A stretch of 64,000 nt of DNA from Candidatus Dormiibacterota bacterium (lineage in GTDB: Bacteria > Chloroflexota > Dormibacteria > Aeolococcales > Aeolococcaceae), in the NCBI GenBank assembly GCA_963718525.1, contig OY970355.1, positions 1,728,001 through 1,792,000 on the forward strand. The letters run 5' to 3'. The position numbers were made by a program, and so were the translations under genes. The notes beneath the pieces were generated by a model, which was not told the DNA's origin, searched no databases, and was given only the letters and a program-made list of their open reading frames with translations. Every line of letters starts with the position of its first letter. Position 1 is the first letter of the stretch. Positions 28,830 through 37,382 of this stretch are shown here, piece by piece.

Positions 28830-29373
28830 CCAGCGCCTCGATCTGACTCAGTGACGCCGGTGTGGCTGTCGCTCCGATCGACACGAGGGTCGATCCCTTG
28901 GTGGCCACGACGCCCTCGTTGTCCTTGCCGGCGCCAAGCGTCACGTAGAAGGATGTCGCCTGGTCTCCCAGCCCCGAAACGCTCTTCACGCCCCCCGGGA
29001 AATTCTTGGTGAAATTGGAAATGATCGAGGGATTGATGTTGAGGAGCACCTCGATGATCACGTTTTCACTGGTTGTGTGGTAGTTGCATACCACGCCGGT
29101 CACACCGGCGGGCAGCTGCCCGCCGCCACCGCCAACGCCGGTCGCATTCGGGAGCGTGGTCCCCAGGGCTGATCCAACCGTCGCGCCCGTGGGGCACACC
29201 GCTGATGCCGCCGACGCGGTCGGCGTCGCCGCTGCCGAGGTCGGCGCTGCCGCAGTCGGCGTCGCGCCTGGTGCGGATGTCGTCGGGCTTGGCGTCGCAC
29301 TGCCGCAAGCTGCAAGCGTCGCTGCGAATGCCAGTGTGGTCAGCGGAATCCACCGCGACATGCTGCCTGTCAT
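28813..29373 (-). CDS. putative lipoprotein
   Basis: Lipobox LAAC after a hydrophobic signal, Ala/Thr/Pro linker, VSGLGDQA motif; SD GGAGGG. Confidence 0.75.
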   Translation of the reverse strand: MTGSMSRWIPLTTLAFAATLAACGSATPSPTTSAPGATPTAAAPTSAAATPTASAASAVCPTGATVGSALGTTLPNATGVGGGGGQLPAGVTGVVCNYHTTSENVIIEVLLNINPSIISNFTKNFPGGVKSVSGLGDQATSFYVTLGAGKDNEGVVATKGSTLVSIGATATPASLSQIEALVNSLL

Positions 29374-29416
29374 GTGGAATGCCCTCCATCTGCGATGTCG
29401 AGGCAGTGCCACCTTC

Positions 29417-29441
29417 GACGGCGCAACTATGCGCGAGTTGC
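29417..29441 (-). promoter_or_regulatory. putative ECF-sigma promoter GCAAC-N16-CGTC
   Basis: AAC/CGT consensus with 16-nt spacer upstream of the lipoprotein gene. Confidence 0.45.
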
Positions 29442-29510
29442 GGCCCGGAGCGCACGGTCATCAAACTCATGCAGTTCGCGCCCGGGTGCCTGTTGCGAGG
29501 AGCTGTGACG

Positions 29511-29825
29511 ATGCCCGACCACCTCGATCCCATTCCGGACCACGCCGACCCCGTTCCGGGTCCGCAGAGCTCGAACGAGCAGCCCCAGGCGCATCTCACC
29601 CCCACGCCGCATGGCGGCGGGTGGCGCATGTTCGCGGCGCCGGTCGAGGTCGAGGCGTTCCTCGGGCAGACCTGGGTCAGGGTGGTGGTGGACGGCGTGG
29701 ATGACGAGAGCGCGGAGATCTGGGCACGCTGGCCACCCGAGGGTCACACCTCGGGGGACGTGCACCACCAGGTCATCGACGCCTCCCATTACCGTCCACC
29801 GCAGGGTGGTTTTCCGCCCTCCTGA
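29511..29825 (+). CDS. hypothetical protein
   Basis: ATG preceded by GAGGAG; host-like codon usage. Confidence 0.6.
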   Translation: MPDHLDPIPDHADPVPGPQSSNEQPQAHLTPTPHGGGWRMFAAPVEVEAFLGQTWVRVVVDGVDDESAEIWARWPPEGHTSGDVHHQVIDASHYRPPQGGFPPS

Positions 29826-29908
29826 GGCACTGGCCGCGGCCACCCGGTCGCTGCCCCGACTGGTGCAACCTCTGTAGGCTGGGTGTTCGGACCGCCAGGC
29901 GATCGGCT

Positions 29909-32084
29909 GTGGCGATGCTCGAAGTCAGCTTCACAAAGAGACCAGTCTCGATGCGAAACCATCTCGAACGCCCGAACCAGATTGCCGTGGACGCCACCGC
30001 GCGCCGCCGCCGCCATCTGGCTCGTCACCACCGGCTCGTTGTCGGCATGTCCCGTGAACGCGAGCATCGCCGCTCACGCCGGATGGTCATCTGGTCGCTC
30101 GCCGGTGTGCTCTGCCTGCCGATCGCGGGCGCAGTGCTGGTCATGTTCGCGCTCGGCGGCGCGGCGGCCTCGACGGCTGCCGCGCGTGCGCGGGTGCTCC
30201 CTGCCGATTCGCTGGTCTTCGACCGCACGGGCGGGCTCATCGCGGATGTCCACCCGGCCGGCGCCACGCGGCTCCCCGTGCCGCTGACCGCGATCTCGCC
30301 GCTTTTGCAGCAGGCGATCGTCGCCGTCGAGGACCGCTCCTTCTGGACGGAGGGTGCCGTCGACGTGCCGCGGATGGCCGCTGCCGCGATCTCCGACCTG
30401 ACCCACGGCACCTCGCAGGGCGCCAGCACCGTCCCCATGCAGCTGGCGAAGATTCTCTACCTCAACAACTCGCGGACCTTTTCGTACAAGGTGCAGCAGA
30501 TCGCGCTCGCGGAGCGGCTGTCCAGCTCGAATTCGCGGGCGGTCATCCTTGACGACTACCTCAACGACATCTACTTCGGCTCCGGCGCCACCGGCATCCA
30601 GGCCGCGGCGCACACGTACTTTGGGATCGATGCGAGCCGGCTCGACCTGGCGCAGGCCGCGATGCTCGCGGGCATCCCCAACAACCCGACCGGCGACGAC
30701 CCGCTGATCAATCCCGCGGGAGCGGTCGCGCGACAGGAGCTGGTGCTGGATGCGATGTACGACACCGGTGCCATCACGCTGCAGGTCGAGCAGGCTGCCT
30801 TGCACGAGCGTCTCGCCTACACGTCGACGAATCCGGACAATGTCAACGTGTTGCCGTTCTTCACGGCGCGCGTCGTGAAGAGTGTGCAGACCACCTGGCA
30901 CCTCAACGCGCTGACGGCCGGCCTGCGAATCCTGTCCACCCTCGATCTCGGGCTCCAGCAGTTCACGCAGCACGCCGTGAGCACGCAGATCGCGCAACTC
31001 GGCCGCCTCCATGTCACCGACGGTGCGGCCGTGGTCATCTCGCCCGCATCGGGAGACGTGCTTGCGTATGTCGGCAGTGCGGGCGCGAACGTGCCCGGTG
31101 GTCAGATCGACATGGCGGCAGCGCCGCGTCAACCCGGATCGTCGTTCAAGATCTTCACGTACACCACGGCAATCCAGGATGCGCGCGTCAGCATGGTGAC
31201 ACCGGTGCTCGACGGGCCGTTGACACTTCCCACCGGCGGTGGACCGAACGGAACCCAGCCCTACAGCCCGCTCGACTACACGCGCACGTGGCACGGAGTT
31301 CCTGCCCGTCGAGGAGGCGCTCGGCAACTCGCTCAACATCCCCGCCATCCGTGTGGAGATGGCGACCGGCATCCCGGTCATCGTGGGCATGGCGCGAGCG
31401 ATGGGTGTCACCACGCTCGGCATGTCGCCACAGTCGTACAACCCGAGCATGACCCTCGGCACCTACCCGATCCCGCCGCTGGAGATGGCGCAGGCGGGGA
31501 CGGTGCTGGCGGACTCCGGAGTCCTCCATCCAGCTCGTTTCATCATTGCCGCCAGCCTCAACGGGCGCGTGCTGCCCCATGCGACCCCGGCAACAAAGAA
31601 GGTCGTCGATCCTCGCGCGGCGTACATCATGAACACGATCCTGAGCAACGACGCGAACCGCGTCCTTGACTTCGGCGCGCATGGCCTGCTGACGCTTCCG
31701 GGCCACCTGGTTGCTGCCAAGACTGGCACCAGCGAGAACTTCAAGGACAACTTCACCGTCGGCTGGACGCCGCAGCTCGCCACGGCGACCTGGGTCGGCA
31801 ACGCGGACGATTCGGCGATGCAGGGCACCACCGGCATCACCGGCGCCGCACCAATCTGGCAGACGGTGATGGCGCACGCGCTCACCGGCATCGCGGATCA
31901 CTGGCCGCCGATGCCCGCCGGGTTGACGACGGCCAGCACGGCATGGGGCACCGCCTACTTCATGCCGGGCACCGACGCCACCACCGGCAAGTCGGCGCTC
32001 GTGCCGAGCGAGCAGCCGGTCGATCCGGCGCTCCGGTCTCCTCCGAGCCAGCCCGGCAAGAAGCACCATCACCACCACCACTGA
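29909..32084 (+). pseudogene. class A penicillin-binding protein (transglycosylase-transpeptidase) with one frameshift near 31300; ends in His6
   Basis: AVEDRSF, QGASTVPMQLAK, YLNDIYFG and RQPGSSFK in the first frame; SLNIPA and AKTGT in the second. The junction TGGCACGGAGTTCCTGCCC has one extra base. May be a sequencing error; start uncertain. Confidence 0.8.
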
Positions 32085-32125
32085 CGGCTCTAAGGGGTAG
32101 ACACTTCGGGCGGCATATATAGGTC

Positions 32126-32600
32126 GTGATGAGCGACGCTGCGACGTTCGCCCTGGCTCCACTGAGGACAGCGATGGCGGCCCAATCGGCAGGCGAGGCG
32201 ATGCGTGGCCAGAGCGTGATGCTCGACGACGTCTATGCAGCCGAGATTCAGCGGCTTGTCGCCCTGGGCACGGTGCTCGCCGGCGACGGCGCCGCGGGTG
32301 AAGACCTTGCTCACGACGCCTTCCTCCGGCTTGTCCAGCGCGTCCGCCGCGATCCCGACTACCTGCGTGGGCCGGCGTGGCCGCTGCTGCGCACCATGGT
32401 GGTCCGGCTCGCGATGCAGCGCCGCCGCGCCTGGGCGCGCGAGCTGCGCCGTCTCGCACGCGTGTGGCAGCCGGCGCCGAGTGAGGGCTGGGAGCCGAGC
32501 GTCGCGGTGCTGGACTGGCACACCGCGCTGCAACAGCTGCCGCCGAGAATGCGGGCGACGGTGGTGCTGTTTTACGGCGAGGACCTCAGCACCGCGCAGA
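32126..32600 (+). pseudogene. ECF sigma factor (SigE-like) truncated in region 4
   Basis: GEDLAHDAFLR region 2 and LQQLPPRMRATVVLFYGEDLSTAQT region 4; similarity stops before the HTH recognition helix. Confidence 0.7.
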
Positions 32601-32613
32601 CCCACGCGCGCCG

Positions 32614-33491
32614 TTGGAACGCAGGACCTCGGCGCGATGGAAGGCGGTCGTGGTCTTCGCTGGGGTCGTGGTCGTCATCAGCGGCGCTGTCGTCGGTGCG
32701 TCCATCGCGTTGCGCGGCTCACCGGTGTCCCATCCTGCTCCCGCGAGTCGGTTCGGTCAATGGAAGGCGTTCCAGCTCGACCCGAACGGAGGAAGCAGCC
32801 CGGATGCCATCTCCTGTCCCGATGCCAACCACTGCGTCGCGGTGGACTACAGCGGTAATGCAATCGCCTCGACGAATCCGGGCGGGGGAAACGCCGCATG
32901 GACGATGACCCCGATCGAGTCGCTCCCATCCATCCCGGGAAATGGACCCGCGGTGATGACCGGCGTCTCTTGCGCCGATCCGTCACTGTGCGTGGCCGTC
33001 GATCAGAGCGGCAACGTCAGCACCTCCACGAACCCGGGTGGCCGAGTGGCCGCCTGGATCGTGAGCGGCATCGACGGTCAGGCGGCCCTCAGCGGCATCT
33101 CGTGTCCCGGCGAGGGCCTCTGCGTGGCGGTTGGTGGCCTCGAGCCCAACCACTCCGGGGTTGTTGTGACCTCCAAGGACCCGAGGGACGGGCCGCGTAC
33201 CTGGACTGTGACGGCCCTTGACAATGCCTCTGCGCTCACCGCGGTCTCGACAGCTCGACCATGTTCGACAGCGTCGCGTGCGTGCGTACACAGTTCTGCG
33301 TCGTCGGCGGACTCTCGGACCACGTCTACATGACCACTGATCCGACCGGCGGATCCGGCGCGTGGATATCGGTGCGCGTGGTATCGCAAGGCGAGGCGGC
33401 GATGTTCGGCCTGGCCTGCCCCAGCCAGGGCTTCTGCGTCGGCGTCGATGGCAGTGGCGGCGTCCACGTCTACACGAACCCGGGCGGGTAG
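32614..33491 (+). pseudogene. membrane-anchored Cys-paired repeat (beta-propeller-like) protein, putative anti-sigma sensor; 5'-deleted and frameshifted near 33250
   Basis: TM helix, then repeats of [IV]SCPxxxxCVAVDxSGNxxxSTNPGG that continue in a second frame (33261-33491). Confidence 0.65.
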
Positions 33492-33515
33492 CCGGCGCGT
33501 CACATACTGGCGAGC

Positions 33516-34331
33516 ATGGTCGACGTTGCTGACTTCGGTGACCTGCACCTCGTCGACGATGTCAGCAGCGCGGACTGGATCGTCGCCGGCGTGCGCAACT
33601 TCGAATATGACGTCGCGTCGCTGCTGCCAGTCACCTTCGAGGCGTACGCGCGGGTGCTCCACCCTGCGTCCCTCAGCGCCGGGAGTGGCGACACGGTCGA
33701 TGTTGCGTGGTCTGAGGTGGCTGCGGCGAACGGCCGCATCGCCCACGCCGCGATGGAATGGGTCGCCATCACGGGCGACTGGAAGTTCGAGCAGCACGCC
33801 GTGCAACCTGGTGTCTGGGACGCGCCGCCTTCAACGGGGTCCTTGCCACCGCGCAACGCTAGGAGCCTCGCCGACGTGCTCGGGAGATTCACCGCGACGC
33901 CATCCGAATGCTGGTTTGGCGTCTGGGAGGGATATGGCGGCGCTCCGTTTCAGCCCGGGACGGTGCCGCTCGTCGCGATGCCCCAGCGCAAGATGGCGCT
34001 GCTGCGAGGTCCGCTGCATGCGGCGGGCACCGCCTTCTCGGGAATGGGATGGCCCGAGAGCCCGAGTCTGTGGTGGCCGGATGACCACAGCTGGTGCGTC
34101 GCCACGGACATCGACCTGATGAGCACGTACATCGGCGGCAGCGCTCCGTGCGTCGAGGCGGTGCTCGCCGACGAGCGGTTGGAAGCCTTCGCCGTGACCG
34201 TCGACCAGACCGTGCACTGGCGGAGCGACACGATCAATCCCACCCCTGATCCGCCGCCACCAACGCGCGGTGTCAAACCGCACCGCTCATGGCGACGCCC
34301 GCAGCCGAGTCCTGGAATCCTTACGAGTTGA
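33516..34331 (+). CDS. hypothetical protein
   Basis: FEAYARVLHPA, CWFGVWEGYG, SPSLWWPDDHSWCVATDID and STYIGG motifs; host-like codon usage. Confidence 0.78.
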   Translation: MVDVADFGDLHLVDDVSSADWIVAGVRNFEYDVASLLPVTFEAYARVLHPASLSAGSGDTVDVAWSEVAAANGRIAHAAMEWVAITGDWKFEQHAVQPGVWDAPPSTGSLPPRNARSLADVLGRFTATPSECWFGVWEGYGGAPFQPGTVPLVAMPQRKMALLRGPLHAAGTAFSGMGWPESPSLWWPDDHSWCVATDIDLMSTYIGGSAPCVEAVLADERLEAFAVTVDQTVHWRSDTINPTPDPPPPTRGVKPHRSWRRPQPSPGILTS

Positions 34332-34770
34332 GGGCCGCGACCAGCTCCTCCTGGAGATACCCCAGGGCGATGAGCACGCCGTACTCGGGCTTCTGCTTGG
34401 TCGCGTCGGTCGCGGTATCCTCCCAGCCATCGCCCTCGATACCGAGGATCTCCCCGGCAGCGACGCGGAGGTGATTGAAGGCTCGGAGCCATGCGAGCGT
34501 CTGGGCCTCCGTGAGCGGGAGGGTGTCCTCGCCGCCGCTGAGGGCATCCCGCACCATGGTCAGGTCGACCTCGCGGCCCTTCTCGATGTCCGGGCGTACC
34601 CAGCGGTCGTACTCGGCCTGAAGCTTGGCGTCGTCATAGGCGCGCGGCGCGGAGGCCAACGGTGCGGCGAGCCGGGGGCTGAGCGAATCGATGATCCCGA
34701 TCAGCGCCTCGCGTTCGCTCCTGTTGACCTTCACCTGGATCCGCCCGCGGCGACGGAGCACCTGAGCCAC
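34321..34770 (-). CDS. DUF2017-like protein
   Basis: PRAYDD, AWLRAFNHLRV and LGYLQEELVAAL; directly downstream of clpS as in actinobacteria. Confidence 0.72.
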   Translation of the reverse strand: MAQVLRRRGRIQVKVNRSEREALIGIIDSLSPRLAAPLASAPRAYDDAKLQAEYDRWVRPDIEKGREVDLTMVRDALSGGEDTLPLTEAQTLAWLRAFNHLRVAAGEILGIEGDGWEDTATDATKQKPEYGVLIALGYLQEELVAALNS

Positions 34771-34790
34771 GTACCGAGCTCCCCGGGAAC

Positions 34791-35102
34791 TCAGGGACGG
34801 CCCAGGGTCGCCTGGAGCCCGAACGAGTGGAGCTGCGCGACGGACACCTCGGCCTGCTCTCGCGGCTGGGTCGCGACCACGGCGCGTCCCTCGTTGTGCA
34901 CCTGGAGCATCAGCCGCGTCGCGGTGGCATGGTCGTAGCCGAACAGGCGGCGGAGCACGAGCACCACGTAGGACATGAGCGTGATCGGGTCATTCCACAC
35001 CATCACGTTCCAGCCGAACTCGCGTTGGTCGCGCTCCTGGCGGCCGGGTGCCTTCGCCGGGGCCGGGGCCTTCGTCGGCGTGGGCGCGGAGGTGGTCGCC
35101 AT
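34791..35102 (-). CDS. clpS: ATP-dependent Clp protease adaptor ClpS
   Basis: WNDPITLMSYV..VL..LFG, LMLQVHNEGRAVV and LHSFGLQATL. Confidence 0.92.
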   Translation of the reverse strand: MATTSAPTPTKAPAPAKAPGRQERDQREFGWNVMVWNDPITLMSYVVLVLRRLFGYDHATATRLMLQVHNEGRAVVATQPREQAEVSVAQLHSFGLQATLGRP

Positions 35103-35207
35103 GCACCTAGCGTAGCTCAGGTCCCGTCGTGCGTACCACCGCCGATCGGTTCCTTCCGCCCCCTCCTCAAGCTGCCGGCAACGGGGCTCCCGAAGGAGCG
35201 ACGTCGC

Positions 35208-35423
35208 TCAGGCGGCGCGGAAGTCGACGACGCCCGCCCACGCGGACGGAGTCCGTGAGGGCTGGGCTGCAGGAGCCGTTGTCGGTGCCGCCACTCCGTC
35301 GAGCACCGCTTGCAGCGGAAGCTCACAGTTGTGGCACACGATCCAGATGGGACCCGGCTCGCTGACCCGTCGTTCGAGACGGTGGCGCTCGCCGCATTCC
35401 TCGCAGGTGATGGTCACTCGCAT
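35208..35423 (-). CDS. small zinc-ribbon protein (CxxC...CxxC)
   Basis: MRVTITCEECGERH...IVCHNCELPL. Confidence 0.6.
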   Translation of the reverse strand: MRVTITCEECGERHRLERRVSEPGPIWIVCHNCELPLQAVLDGVAAPTTAPAAQPSRTPSAWAGVVDFRAA

Positions 35424-35673
35424 TTCGTGGCGCAGCGTCGCACGGCGGCTGCGACGCCTCGCTGATGGCACTGTCGCGGGCGCGGCAACTCCCTGCAACG
35501 AATCGGCGAAAGAGGGCCGATCTGCCATGGGTGATACACTCGGCGAGATCGTGATGGCATTGGCGCAAACGCGCCATTCACCGCTCAAATACGATCATTT
35601 GAAGGCGAAAGCCCGCATCCCTGACCGGCGAGATGGATTGATCTAAGGCAGGAGTACGAGCCAAAGGAGTGCA

Positions 35674-37191
35674 TTGACCCCGACGACGGCCCAGGAGCCT
35701 GAGACGCTCACTATGGAGGACCTCCTGCGGGAGGATCAGAACTCAATCAGGGCCCTGGCCCACGGTGACATCGTCGATGGTGTCGTGGTCCGCGTCGATC
35801 CCGACGAGGTGCTCGTCGACATCGGTGCGAAGAGTGAAGGGATCATCTCGAACCGCGAGCTGTCGGCACGCGGCGAGCAGCCCGTCACCCTCAACTCCGG
35901 CGATCAGGTCAAGGTCTACATCATCCAGCCAGAGGACGAGCACGGCAATGTGGTGCTCAGCCTGCGCAAGGCGCGCGCCGAAGGCATCTGGCAGGCGGTC
36001 GCGGAGAAGGAGTCGGAGGGCGAGATCCTCGACGCCGAGGTTCGCGAGCAGAACAAGGGCGAACTCATTGTCAACATCATGGGGCTGCGCGGATTCCTGC
36101 CCAGCAGCCAGGTGGCGCGCCAGTTCAGCGGCAACCTCATGGAGCTGGTCGGCACCAAGATCCCGGTCAAGATCCTCGAGGTCAACCGCAAGCGCAACCG
36201 GCTCATCGTGTCGCAGCGCGCGGCGCAGGATGAGGATCGCGCGCGCCAGCGCGAGGAGCTCTTCGAGAAGCTCAAGGTGGGCGACGTCATCACCGGCAAG
36301 GTGAGCGGCGTGACCTCGTACGGTGCGTTCGTCAACCTGGGCGGCGCCGACGGGCTCATCCACATCAGCGAGCTCTCCTGGGACCGCATCAACAACGTGA
36401 GCGACGTGCTCACCGTCGGCGATGAGCTGTCGGTCAAGGTCATCAAGCTCGACCCCGAGCTGTCGCGCATCAGCCTCTCGCTGCGCCAGATGTCACAGGA
36501 TCCCTGGGACACCATCGAGCAGCAGTTCCCGCCGGGCAAGGCGGTCCCCGGCATCGTCACCAAGACCAAGAAGTACGGGGCGTTCCTCCAGATCGCCGAC
36601 GGCGTCGAGGGACTCCTGCATATCAGTGAGCTGTCGTGGGATCACGTCGAACGCACCGAAGATGTGCTCAAGGTCGGCGAGGAGGTCGAGGTCATGGTGC
36701 TCAGCGCGGACAAGGTTCGCCGCCGCATCAGCCTCTCGCTGCGCCAGCTGCATGGCGGTGGACCGACCGGCGAGGGCGACGAGATCACCCCACCCTCATA
36801 TGACTATCCCGAAGATGACGATGACGAAAGCGAGACCGTTGTCACGGCGGTAACGCCGATGGCCGCGGCGCTCACCGACGCGGGCGTGGAGGGCACCACT
36901 CGCGCATCCGTTGAGGAAGCTGTCGCGGCCGGCACCGCCACCGCTGAGGAGATTGCCGCTGACAACGCGTTGGCGGACGACGCCGCTGCGTTCGACGAGG
37001 TCGCCGATGACGCCGCCGACGACGTCGAGTCAGAGCTTGAGGCTGAGGTCGAAGAGGCCGCTGAGGCGACTGCCGCGGACGAGGCGGGGGCCGCCGAAGG
37101 CGCGGAAGGCGCACCCGAACCTGCGCCGGACACGGCGGCTGTTGCGGCCGCCGAAAGCGCCGATATCGAGGCTGCGCAACCCAAAGCCTAG
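35674..37191 (+). CDS. rpsA: 30S ribosomal protein S1 (four S1 domains plus long acidic tail)
   Basis: VDIGAKSEG, RGFLPSSQ, YGAFV..DGLIHISELSW and EGLLHISELSW; TTG start after AAAGGAG. Confidence 0.92.
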   Translation: MTPTTAQEPETLTMEDLLREDQNSIRALAHGDIVDGVVVRVDPDEVLVDIGAKSEGIISNRELSARGEQPVTLNSGDQVKVYIIQPEDEHGNVVLSLRKARAEGIWQAVAEKESEGEILDAEVREQNKGELIVNIMGLRGFLPSSQVARQFSGNLMELVGTKIPVKILEVNRKRNRLIVSQRAAQDEDRARQREELFEKLKVGDVITGKVSGVTSYGAFVNLGGADGLIHISELSWDRINNVSDVLTVGDELSVKVIKLDPELSRISLSLRQMSQDPWDTIEQQFPPGKAVPGIVTKTKKYGAFLQIADGVEGLLHISELSWDHVERTEDVLKVGEEVEVMVLSADKVRRRISLSLRQLHGGGPTGEGDEITPPSYDYPEDDDDESETVVTAVTPMAAALTDAGVEGTTRASVEEAVAAGTATAEEIAADNALADDAAAFDEVADDAADDVESELEAEVEEAAEATAADEAGAAEGAEGAPEPAPDTAAVAAAESADIEAAQPKA

Positions 37192-37382
37192 GGCGCAGGC
37201 ACCAGGCCGGCGACCGTCGCTGTTGTGCATAGCGACGTGGTCGTTTCGACGTGGGCACCAGCCCGTATTTGCAAAGTTGCTTAGCTGTCGACCCACCCGG
37301 GTACTATGGGGGACGTTACGGCAGTGCCCGGGCTCTGACCCTTTCCATCCACGGGGGGGCCGGAAGGGCAATGGAGGCGGTT

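Noticed and set aside
32064-32081. His6 as cloning-vector contamination
   Set aside because: Flanks are genomic with host codon usage; no linker, restriction-site cluster or vector sequence.
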